Assembly: GCF_900174585.1 (NCBI RefSeq)
Contig: NZ_FWPT01000003.1
Span: 579,949-611,948, forward strand
Source of the DNA: Parendozoicomonas haliclonae
Lineage (GTDB): Bacteria > Pseudomonadota > Gammaproteobacteria > Pseudomonadales > Endozoicomonadaceae
Reading direction: 5' to 3'
DNA length: 32,000 bases
In this document: one piece after another, positions 20,028 to 27,697 of the stretch
Position numbering within the stretch: the first letter of the stretch is position 1
Layout: every line of letters starts with the position of its first letter
Made by a program: the position numbers and the translations under genes
The notes under the pieces: model-generated
Database searches by the model: none
The model's input: the letters and a program-made list of their open reading frames with translations, nothing else
Told to the model about the DNA's origin: nothing

Positions 20028-20837
20028 ATGATCAAACGACTACTTTCACTACCAGCACTGGCATTGTCTGTTATGGCAATGGCAGCACCTGTTCAGGCCG
20101 ACAAGCTGGATGATGTGATTGATAACGGCGTACTGCGCTGTGGTGTTGTTCTGGATTTCCCACCGATCGGCTTCCGTGATGAAAACAATGAGCCGGCCGG
20201 CTTTGATGTCGAATACTGCAAGGATCTGGCTAAAGTTCTGGAAGTGGATTACAAGCTTGTCCCTTTAACCTGGTCTGAGCGCCTGCCATCCATCGTGACC
20301 AATCGTACCGATGTCGTCTTTGGTTCTACCTCCGACACCCTGGAGCGAGGCAAGACCGTTGGCTTCTCCATCCCTTATGTTCTTTATTATTCTCAGGCTG
20401 TTGTTGCTGAAGGCAGCGGTGTAAAAAGCTTTGAAGACCTGAAAGGCAAGCGTGTGGCTTCCGCCCTCGGCACCATGCAGGAACAGCACTACCTGAAGTA
20501 CGCGAAAAAGTGGGGCGTTGAGCACCTCTATCAAGGCTACCAGAGTGAAAACGAAGTCTTCCTGGCCGTCGCTCAGGGTAAGGCTGACGTAGGCATCACT
20601 TCTAACACCACCGTTGGCCCGATTGTTAAGCAGTACGACAACATTGAGCCTGGCCCAAGAATGCCTTGGGAAACCGATTACACCTCAGCGATTGGCCCTC
20701 GTAAGGATCAATCCTGGCTGAACTATCTCAATCTGTTTATTACCCATCAGGTTCGTTCCGGTCGTTATGACGAGCTGTGGGGCAAGTATGTGGGTGGCGA
20801 TGCTCCCGAACTGCGCATTCCCGGCGTGTATTACTAA
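20028..20837 (+). CDS. Amino-acid ABC transporter substrate-binding protein (family 3), probable hydroxyproline binding protein
   Basis: Signal peptide MIKRLLSLPALALSVMAMAAPVQA/D. SBP_bac_3-like N-terminus (LRCGVVLDFPPIGFRDENNEPAGFDVEY). Substrate inferred from context. Confidence 0.85.
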   Translation: MIKRLLSLPALALSVMAMAAPVQADKLDDVIDNGVLRCGVVLDFPPIGFRDENNEPAGFDVEYCKDLAKVLEVDYKLVPLTWSERLPSIVTNRTDVVFGSTSDTLERGKTVGFSIPYVLYYSQAVVAEGSGVKSFEDLKGKRVASALGTMQEQHYLKYAKKWGVEHLYQGYQSENEVFLAVAQGKADVGITSNTTVGPIVKQYDNIEPGPRMPWETDYTSAIGPRKDQSWLNYLNLFITHQVRSGRYDELWGKYVGGDAPELRIPGVYY

Positions 20838-20864
20838 TCAAATAATTATTTAAAAGTTCCCTCA

Positions 20865-20927
20865 GAGGGGTTTTCTGTCTGGCCTGATGGTTGCACTCAC
20901 AAGGTGACAACCTGCAGTCAACCCCTC
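20865..20927 (+). promoter_or_regulatory. Compound intercistronic stem-loop between the binding-protein and permease genes
   Basis: Outer stem: GAGGGGTT (20865-20872) pairs with AACCCCTC (20920-20927). Inner hairpin: GGTTGCAC (20889-20896) pairs with GTGACAACC (20904-20912) with one bulged A and a 7-nt loop. Confidence 0.4.
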
Positions 20928-20952
20928 ACCCTAATTCCGGGAGTAGACGAGC

Positions 20953-21615
20953 ATGGATTACAACTTTCACTGGCGCCCTGTCTTCAATAAATTGCCAGAC
21001 CTGCTGGAAGCTGGTCTGCTGACCCTTGAAGTCAGTCTGTTGTCCATGGTGATTGGTACCGTTCTTGGTCTGCTCCTTGCTTTGGCAAAGTTGTCCCCCC
21101 TGAAGCCGGCGCGCTGGTTTGCGATCACCTGGATCGAACTGGCACGTAATACGCCGGCTCTTTTTCAACTGTTTTTCTTTGGCTTTGGCCTTGGTGCCTT
21201 TGGTTGGCACCTGAGTCCGTTCCTGATCGTGCTGGTCGGGCTCTCTTTTAACAACGCCGGCTATCTGGCTGAGAATTTTCGGGGTGGCTTTCAGGCTGTT
21301 CCGGAAAACCAGTACCGGGCAGCCCGTTCCCTGGGGATGACTGCCTTTCAGGCCACAACCCGGATCGTCATTCCCCAGGTTTTCAAGATTGTGTATCACC
21401 CGATGACCAACCAGATGGTCTGGGCCGTATTGATGAGTTCGCTGGCGATGATGGTTGGTTATCGGGAACTGGCCGGAGAAACCCAGTTTCTGGCCTCCAA
21501 AACCTTCCGGATTTTTGAATACTTTCTGGCGGCAGCGGTTATCTACTACGTCATCGTAAAAATTATTCTTGGCCTCTCCCGCCTGCTGGCCTGGCGGCTC
21601 TTCCGGTACGAGTAA
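20953..21615 (+). CDS. Amino-acid ABC transporter permease (His/Glu/Gln/Arg/opine family)
   Basis: 220 aa, multi-TM, with the conserved cytoplasmic loop ...AARSLGMTAFQATTRIVIPQ. Confidence 0.88.
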   Translation: MDYNFHWRPVFNKLPDLLEAGLLTLEVSLLSMVIGTVLGLLLALAKLSPLKPARWFAITWIELARNTPALFQLFFFGFGLGAFGWHLSPFLIVLVGLSFNNAGYLAENFRGGFQAVPENQYRAARSLGMTAFQATTRIVIPQVFKIVYHPMTNQMVWAVLMSSLAMMVGYRELAGETQFLASKTFRIFEYFLAAAVIYYVIVKIILGLSRLLAWRLFRYE

Positions 21616-21651
21616 CCGGAGTGTTGTGAACAGCCAGACAGGAGATAAGGT

Positions 21652-22314
21652 ATGAACGAGACAGTTACATTTTTTTCCGGCTTCAAGATCAACGATCTGT
21701 TTTTCCTTGGTGAAGCCGCACTGCAGACATTAATGATTGCCGCGATTTCCATCTCGTCCGGTACGCTGCTGGGTGCCATATGCGGCTGGGGTCTGGCAGA
21801 AGGGAAAACGGTTGTTCGCTGGACACTGAACAGCATTCTGGATGTGTTCCGCAGCGTTCCCCTGCTGATTCAGTTGATTCTGTTTTATAACCTTTTTCCG
21901 ATTATCGGCTTTGATCTTGGCCCGTTTGCCAGCGGCATTATTGTGCTGTCGATGTATACCTGTGCACTGGTGGCCTCGGTGGTTCGCGGAGGTATTGAAT
22001 CTGTTCAACAACCCATGCGCCGGGCAGCCCGCTCACTGGGTATGAGCTATCTGCAGTCTATGCGCCATGTGATCTTCCCGATCGGCCTGAGAGCTGTACT
22101 GCCTTCCTGGATTGGTGTGGCTTTAGGTGTATTGAAAGACAGTGCTCTTGTTTCCGTGCTGGGTTATGTCGAGTTGCTAAGAGCTTCCCAGATTCTCATG
22201 ACCCGTACTCAGGAACCGTTTCTGATTCTGGCTCTGGCCGGTGCGTTTTACTTTGCACTCTCTTACCCGTTGTCCCGGTACTCAAAACAATTAGAAGAAA
22301 GGTGGGCATCATGA
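21652..22314 (+). CDS. Amino-acid ABC transporter permease, second subunit
   Basis: 220 aa, paralogous to the preceding permease (...AARSLGMSYLQSMRHVIFP). AGGAG SD before ATG 21652. Confidence 0.88.
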   Translation: MNETVTFFSGFKINDLFFLGEAALQTLMIAAISISSGTLLGAICGWGLAEGKTVVRWTLNSILDVFRSVPLLIQLILFYNLFPIIGFDLGPFASGIIVLSMYTCALVASVVRGGIESVQQPMRRAARSLGMSYLQSMRHVIFPIGLRAVLPSWIGVALGVLKDSALVSVLGYVELLRASQILMTRTQEPFLILALAGAFYFALSYPLSRYSKQLEERWAS

Positions 22315-23033
22315 TTGAAATACAGAATCTGCATAAATACTTTGATGTCCATCATGTTCTGAAAGGCATTGATCTGACTGTTGAGAAAGGGGAAGTGCTG
22401 AGCATTATCGGCTCCTCAGGCTCCGGCAAATCTACCCTGCTCTATTGCATCAACGGGCTGGAAGCCATTCAGCAGGGCGAAGTGATTGTTGACGGTGTTT
22501 CTGTCCACGATAAAGGTGCTGACCTGAACAGAATTCGCCAGAATCTGGGCATGGTGTTTCAACAGTGGAATTCCTTCCCACACCTTACGGCGTTGGAGAA
22601 TGTGGCTCTGGCACCACGAATTGTGAAAAAGCTTTCCAAGGCGGAGTCTCTGGCAATTGCCGAGCAACAACTGAAACACGTGGGGCTTGCTGATAAACTG
22701 GATGCCTACCCCTCATCACTTTCCGGCGGACAACAACAACGACTGGCCATTTCCCGTGCGCTGGCCATGGAACCGGAATATATGCTGTTTGATGAAGCCA
22801 CCTCTGCACTGGACCCGGAACTGGTTGGCGAAGTTCTGGAAACCATGCGCATGCTGGCCGAGGAAGGCATGACCATGATCTGTGTGACTCACGAGATGGG
22901 CTTTGCCCGTGATGTGTCTGATCGCGTCGCCTATTTTCACGACGGCGTGATGGAAGAGATCGGCACACCTGACCAGATTTTTGGTACACCGGTCAGTCAG
23001 CATACACAAAAATTCCTGGCCAATGTACGGTAA
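22311..23033 (+). CDS. Amino-acid ABC transporter ATP-binding protein
   Basis: Walker A GSSGSGKST, signature LSGGQQQR, Walker B MLFDEATSALD. I prefer ATG 22311, which overlaps the permease stop (ATGA), over GTG 22302. Confidence 0.92.
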   Translation: MIEIQNLHKYFDVHHVLKGIDLTVEKGEVLSIIGSSGSGKSTLLYCINGLEAIQQGEVIVDGVSVHDKGADLNRIRQNLGMVFQQWNSFPHLTALENVALAPRIVKKLSKAESLAIAEQQLKHVGLADKLDAYPSSLSGGQQQRLAISRALAMEPEYMLFDEATSALDPELVGEVLETMRMLAEEGMTMICVTHEMGFARDVSDRVAYFHDGVMEEIGTPDQIFGTPVSQHTQKFLANVR

Positions 23034-23103
23034 TCACTTTTAACAAGAGCCCGTTAATAGCTTTTAACAACAAGCAACTTTGACGTTTGCCACGAAAACA
23101 AAA

Positions 23104-23124
23104 CCCGAGACAAGACGTCTCGGG
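23104..23124. other. GC-rich hairpin between the transporter genes and the deaminase gene; the U-tract exists only in the antisense orientation
   Basis: CCCGAGAC (23104-23111) pairs with GTCTCGGG (23117-23124) across a 5-nt loop. It is preceded on the plus strand by GAAAACAAAA and followed by CAAACAG. Confidence 0.5.
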
Positions 23125-23197
23125 CAAACAGTAAACGGGTCCCGTGGCAGTGACCCGACTAATAACCACTCATAATAATATGAAGGACTAAAACAAC

Positions 23198-24100
23198 ATG
23201 TGGACTGGTGTAATCCCCGCAGTAACTACCAAGTTCGACAGCCGCGATAATCTCGATATCGAGGAAATGAAGCGCTGCTTCGACTACCAGATGGATGCCG
23301 GCTGTGATGGCCTGATTGTGGGTGGTTCCCTGGGCGAAGGCTCCATGCTGACCACCGAAGAGAAGATCGAAATTCTGAAGACCGCCAAGTCTGCGACTGG
23401 TGACAAACCAACCCTGATGACCATCAGCGAAGCTTCCACCCGCAGCGCCTGTCTGTCTGCAGAGGCTGCAGCCAAGGCGGGTGCCGATGGCCTGATGGTC
23501 GTGCCTAGCCCGATCTACCACACCGATCGTCGCGAAACCGTTGCGACCCTGCGTGCTGTTGCAGATGCTGCTGATTTGCCAATCATGATCTACTCCAACC
23601 GTGTCGCTTACCGTGTGGACGTGACCCCGGAGATCATGCTGGAACTGGCTGATGATTCCCGCTTTGTTGCCGTGAAGGAGAGCTCCGACGATATCCGTCG
23701 TACCTCCGAGATCTTCAACCTGCTGGGTGATCGCTACAACGTTCTGACCGGTGTGGATAACCTGGCGTTTGAAGCCCTGACTGCCGGTGCTGTCGGCTGG
23801 GTTGCTGGTCTGGTTGTGGCCTTCCCGAAAGAGACTGTGGCCATCTATCGTCTGATCCGTGCCGGCCGTTACCAGGAAGCTCTCGAAATCTACCGCTGGT
23901 TCCGTCCGCTGCTGGACCTGGATGTCTCCACTTACCTGGTGCAGAACATCAAGCTGGCCGAAGTGATCGAGCTGGGCTCTACCGATAATGTCCGCATGCC
24001 GCGCCTGCCACTGGTTGGTGAGCACCGCGCCCGTGTTGAAGCCATTATCCGTAAGGCTATCGCATGCCGCCCTGAGCTGCCTGACGTCAGCGCGCTCTAA
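23198..24100 (+). CDS. lhpC: DHDPS/NAL-family enzyme, probable Delta1-pyrroline-4-hydroxy-2-carboxylate deaminase
   Basis: Class I aldolase/DHDPS family fold signatures (TTKF..., DGLIVGGSLGEG, Schiff-base Lys in FVAVKESS). GAAGGA SD 10 nt upstream. Function assigned from the hydroxyproline context. Confidence 0.8.
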   Translation: MWTGVIPAVTTKFDSRDNLDIEEMKRCFDYQMDAGCDGLIVGGSLGEGSMLTTEEKIEILKTAKSATGDKPTLMTISEASTRSACLSAEAAAKAGADGLMVVPSPIYHTDRRETVATLRAVADAADLPIMIYSNRVAYRVDVTPEIMLELADDSRFVAVKESSDDIRRTSEIFNLLGDRYNVLTGVDNLAFEALTAGAVGWVAGLVVAFPKETVAIYRLIRAGRYQEALEIYRWFRPLLDLDVSTYLVQNIKLAEVIELGSTDNVRMPRLPLVGEHRARVEAIIRKAIACRPELPDVSAL

Positions 24101-24128
24101 GGCTTGTAGTGCAGCTTTGACGATAGAC

Positions 24129-24166
24129 AATGCCCACACTGTTAAACGACAATGTGGGCATTTTTA
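24129..24166 (+). terminator. Intrinsic terminator-like hairpin inside the Hyp gene string
   Basis: AATGCCCACA (24129-24138) pairs with TGTGGGCATT (24153-24162). A further 3 bp (TGT/ACA) form across a 1x1 mismatch, leaving a 6-nt loop. The run TTTTTA (24161-24166) follows. It sits 29 nt after the TAA at 24098-24100. Confidence 0.6.
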
Positions 24167-24173
24167 TAGATGT

Positions 24174-24212
24174 AAACAACATAACAACAGCAACAACAAA
24201 AAGACATCAAAA
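24174..24212 (+). promoter_or_regulatory. A/C-rich SD-less leader AAACAACATAACAACAGCAACAACAAAAAGACATCAAAA abutting ATG 24213
   Basis: Read directly. It shares ATAACAACA and AACAACAAAAA..GACA with the receptor leader at 3331-3352. Confidence 0.4.
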
Positions 24213-25508
24213 ATGGTGCAGGCGCGGTGCGAAATGGGTAGTGAGATCAAAAGCCGTGATATCAAGAAATACGACACGATCGTCATTGGTGGCGGGATTG
24301 TTGGTCTTGCCATAGCAGAAAAATTATCCAGCGAGGGACAGACTGTAGCTCTCGTGGAACGGGATAAGATCGCGGCCGGAGCCAGTTATGGCAACGCCTC
24401 ATCGCTCGCCTACTCCGATATTATGCCCCTGGCCTCACCGGGCATGATTCGCAAAGCAATCAAATGGTTTATTGATCCTTTAGGGCCGTTCTCAGTCGTC
24501 CCCAAAGATATTTTCAAAACCGCAGGCTGGCTAACCCGTTTCTTCCTTGCCGCCCGTACACCACGCTATCTGCGCAGTATTGATGTACAGGCCAGTCTTA
24601 TGCACCTAAGCCGTGACACCTTTCCGGATATGCTGGAACGTACCGGGCTGACCTCCATGATCCGTAATAACGGTGCCTTACATCTCTATCAGGACTGGTC
24701 CTTCTATCGCCGAGATCTGCAGAACTGGGCGGTTCGCCTGAAGCACGGCATCAACTACGAAACCTACGAAGAAGAAGATCTGCATCACTTCCAGCCCGGT
24801 CTGTCCAAAGACTTTGTTGCCGGGGTTTTTGTTCCTCAATGGCAGACGATCACCAACCCTGCCGATCTCTGCACAGAATTGCATGAAAAGCTCAGTGCGC
24901 GTGGTGTCGATACCTTTTACAGCACAGCAGACGATATTCAGAGTTCCGGGGGAGAAACCCTGGTCAGCCTGGGCAGTGGCGAGATTCTTAATGCTCATAA
25001 TACGGTATTGGCTGCGGGTGTCTGGTCAGCAGGTCTGTCCAGACAACTGGGTGACCATGTCCCGGTTATTGGTGAGCGGGGCTACAACACCACGTTACCA
25101 AAAACTGCACTGCCCGAGGGATACGACAAAACTCTGGTATTCAGTGAACATGGCTTTCTGATTACCCCGCTGAGTGAACATTTCCGTATTGGCGGCGCAT
25201 CCGAAATTGCCGCACTGGATCAAAAGCCCAATTACAAGCGGGCAAAGCTTATGGCTGAGAAAGCCACAAAGTTTCTACCAGAACTCAGTATTGATGACGG
25301 GGAACAGTGGATGGGGCAGCGCCCATCGATTCCGGACACCCTGCCGGTGATCGGCCGTTCATCCCAGTCGGACAATATTATCTATGCCTTTGGCCACGGC
25401 CATCTGGGCCTGACCCAGTCGGCTGCGACTGCGCAACTGGTATCCGAGCTCATCCAGAACAAGACACCATCTATCGACATTCATCCTCTGCGGGTTGACC
25501 GTTTTTAA
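24213..25508 (+). CDS. lhpB: FAD-dependent oxidoreductase (DAO/DadA family), probable cis-4-hydroxy-D-proline dehydrogenase
   Basis: Dinucleotide fold KYDTIVIGGGIVGLAIAEKLSSEGQTVALVERD and the DAO-family C-terminus YAFGHGHLGLTQSAATAQLVSELI. The start is ATG 24213 or 24234. The ORF-track start at 23988 overlaps lhpC and crosses the terminator. Confidence 0.8.
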   Translation: MVQARCEMGSEIKSRDIKKYDTIVIGGGIVGLAIAEKLSSEGQTVALVERDKIAAGASYGNASSLAYSDIMPLASPGMIRKAIKWFIDPLGPFSVVPKDIFKTAGWLTRFFLAARTPRYLRSIDVQASLMHLSRDTFPDMLERTGLTSMIRNNGALHLYQDWSFYRRDLQNWAVRLKHGINYETYEEEDLHHFQPGLSKDFVAGVFVPQWQTITNPADLCTELHEKLSARGVDTFYSTADDIQSSGGETLVSLGSGEILNAHNTVLAAGVWSAGLSRQLGDHVPVIGERGYNTTLPKTALPEGYDKTLVFSEHGFLITPLSEHFRIGGASEIAALDQKPNYKRAKLMAEKATKFLPELSIDDGEQWMGQRPSIPDTLPVIGRSSQSDNIIYAFGHGHLGLTQSAATAQLVSELIQNKTPSIDIHPLRVDRF

Positions 25509-25559
25509 ACAACTAACCTGCTAGTACTTTGGTCACAATGCCGAGGGAGACGAGTAAAC

Positions 25560-26561
25560 ATGGCACGACATACCTTTTTCTGTATTGATGGTCACACCTG
25601 TGGCAATCCTGTGCGCGTCGTTGCTGGCGGCAGTCCAATGCTGACCGGCGAGACCATGCTGGAAAAGCGGGCACACTTTCTTGAAGAGTATGACTGGATT
25701 CGTACCGGCCTGATGTTCGAGCCCCGTGGCCATGATGTGATGTCCGGTTCCATCCTTTATCCACCGACCCGCTCGGACTGTGATGTCGCCATACTGTTTA
25801 TAGAAACCTCCGGCTGCCTGCCGATGTGCGGACATGGCACGATTGGAACAATCACCATTGCGCTGGAGAATGGCCTGATCACACCAAAGGAGCCCGGTGT
25901 TGTACGACTGGATACACCTGCTGGCCTGGTGGTCGCGGAATACACGGAAAAAGATGGGTATATAGAAGAGGTGCGGCTGACCAATGTTCCGGCCTTCCTT
26001 TATAAGACCGGACTGACCGCATATTGTGAAGGGCTGGGAGAGATTACCGTCGATGTGGCCTACGGCGGAAACTTCTATGCCATTGTTGATCCCCAGAAGA
26101 ACTTCCGGGATATGTCCGACTATTCAGCCAGTGAATTGATTCAGTTCAGCCCGCGTCTGCGCAAGGCTCTGAATGAGAAGTATGATTTTGTCCACCCTGA
26201 GCATCCGGAGATTAGAGGCCTGAGCCATATTCTCTGGACCGGCGAAACGACCCAAGAGGAAGCCACGGCTCGCAACGCTGTTTTCTATGGTGATAAAGCC
26301 ATCGACCGTTCACCCTGTGGAACCGGAACCTCATCACGCATGGCCCAGTGGGCTTCACAGGGTAAGTTGGGGGAAGGAGATGACTTTATCCATGAAAGCA
26401 TTATCGGCTCCCTGTTCAAAGGGCGGGTAGAGAAACTCACTAAGGTCGGTGAATACGACGCTATCGTGCCATCTATCGCAGGCTGGGCACGGGTGACCGG
26501 CAACAACACCATTTATATTGATGATCGTGACCCGTTTGCCCACGGCTTTATCGTCACCTGA
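25560..26561 (+). CDS. lhpA: Proline racemase superfamily, 4-hydroxyproline 2-epimerase (Cys/Cys type)
   Basis: Both catalytic thiols are present: [10 protein letters not shown] and [23 protein letters not shown] 9 nt upstream. Confidence 0.85.
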   Translation: MARHTFFCIDGHTCGNPVRVVAGGSPMLTGETMLEKRAHFLEEYDWIRTGLMFEPRGHDVMSGSILYPPTRSDCDVAILFIETSGCLPMCGHGTIGTITIALENGLITPKEPGVVRLDTPAGLVVAEYTEKDGYIEEVRLTNVPAFLYKTGLTAYCEGLGEITVDVAYGGNFYAIVDPQKNFRDMSDYSASELIQFSPRLRKALNEKYDFVHPEHPEIRGLSHILWTGETTQEEATARNAVFYGDKAIDRSPCGTGTSSRMAQWASQGKLGEGDDFIHESIIGSLFKGRVEKLTKVGEYDAIVPSIAGWARVTGNNTIYIDDRDPFAHGFIVT

Positions 26562-26581
26562 CAGACCGGATACCAAGAATA

Positions 26582-27613
26582 ATGAAAAGCAGTAAAACGA
26601 TTCATGTCGTCAGTTGTCATGCTGAAGGTGAAGTAGGCGATGTCATTGTCGGTGGCGTAGCACCGCCTCCCGGCGAAACCTTGTGGGAGCAGTCCCGGTT
26701 TATCGCCAAAGACGACACTCTGCGTAACTTTGTTCTCAACGAACCCCGTGGCGGCGTGTTCCGCCATGTAAACCTGCTGGTTCCACCCAAAAATCCGGAA
26801 GCCCAGATGGGCTGGATTATTATGGAGCCAGAAGATACACCGCCTATGTCTGGTTCCAACTCCATGTGTGTCTCTACGGTCTTGCTGGAAACCGGTATTC
26901 TCCCCATGAATGAACCCGTGACCCATCTCACACTGGAGGCACCGGGTGGTTTGGTACGGGTTACCGCACATTGTCGTGAAGGCAAGGTTGAACGACTGTT
27001 TATCCGTAATGTGCCATCGTTTGTGGATCGTCTGGATGCAACACTGGAAGTAGAAGGTCTGGGCACGCTCACAGTCGATACGGCCTTTGGTGGTGACAGC
27101 TTTGTAATGGCCGATGCCCGCAAGCTGGGCTTTGAGATTGTTCCCCATGAAGCTCGCGAACTGGCAGAAACCGGCATCCGTATCACCAATGCCGCCAACG
27201 AGCAGCTGGGCTTCCATCATCCGACAAATCCTGATTGGCGCCATATCTCCTTCTGCCAGCTGTTTACGCCACCGGTAAAGAAAGACGACGAGCACTTTAT
27301 GCGTAATACCGTGGTGATCCAGCCTGGCAAGCTCGACCGTTCACCAACCGGCACCGGTGTTTCTGCCCGACTGGCCGTGATGTATGCCCGAGGTCAGATG
27401 CAGGAAGGTGAAAAGCTGACCATGAGTTCCGTGATTGATTCCATCTTCTCGGGAAAAATTGTGGGTACCACCATGGTTGGAGATAAGCCCGCTATTACGC
27501 CGGAAATCTCCGGACGAGCGTGGATTACCGGAACCCACCAGCACATGCTGGATCCAAGCGATCCATGGCCAGAGGGTTACCGCATCAGCGATACCTGGCC
27601 TAGGGTCTGTTGA
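26582..27613 (+). CDS. lhpH: Proline racemase superfamily paralogue with Ser/Thr at the catalytic positions, probable trans-3-hydroxy-L-proline dehydratase
   Basis: A gapless local alignment to the neighbouring epimerase puts [10 protein letters not shown] opposite [10 protein letters not shown], and [10 protein letters not shown] opposite [10 protein letters not shown]. It is followed by an OCD-family reductase gene. Confidence 0.7.
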   Translation: MKSSKTIHVVSCHAEGEVGDVIVGGVAPPPGETLWEQSRFIAKDDTLRNFVLNEPRGGVFRHVNLLVPPKNPEAQMGWIIMEPEDTPPMSGSNSMCVSTVLLETGILPMNEPVTHLTLEAPGGLVRVTAHCREGKVERLFIRNVPSFVDRLDATLEVEGLGTLTVDTAFGGDSFVMADARKLGFEIVPHEARELAETGIRITNAANEQLGFHHPTNPDWRHISFCQLFTPPVKKDDEHFMRNTVVIQPGKLDRSPTGTGVSARLAVMYARGQMQEGEKLTMSSVIDSIFSGKIVGTTMVGDKPAITPEISGRAWITGTHQHMLDPSDPWPEGYRISDTWPRVC

Positions 27614-27654
27614 CGTATCGTGATACGGCTCACGAAACGCCAACAGACCCTAGG
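27599..27654. repeat. Perfect 14-bp inverted repeat spanning the dehydratase stop codon, with a nested small hairpin
   Basis: CCTAGGGTCTGTTG (27599-27612) pairs with CAACAGACCCTAGG (27641-27654). The TGA stop is at 27611-27613. The nested hairpin is CGTAT(C)/(G)ATACG at 27614-27627. No U-tract follows. Confidence 0.75.
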
Positions 27655-27697
27655 ATTTAACCGCTTAAACGAATCAAAAGAACAACAGGATACACCC

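Noticed and set aside
23159-24139. 326-aa minus-strand ORF exactly antisense to the DHDPS-family gene
   Set aside because: It is fully embedded opposite a gene with clear family motifs. It has a GTG start inside the downstream terminator hairpin, a Gly/His/Gln/Asp/Thr-rich composition typical of antisense frames in GC-rich, strongly codon-biased genes, and no recognisable domain.
23988-24212. 75-codon N-terminal extension of the FAD dehydrogenase ORF
   Set aside because: It overlaps the last 113 nt of lhpC and runs through the terminator hairpin and the A/C-rich leader. The Rossmann fold begins just after ATG 24213/24234.
27620-27697. GTG 27620 as the start of the OCD-family gene
   Set aside because: It lies in the loop of the 14-bp inverted repeat, 7 nt after the upstream stop. 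It would add 26 residues (MIRLTKRQQTLGFNRL...) unlike family N-termini, whereas GTG 27698 has a properly spaced AGGA.
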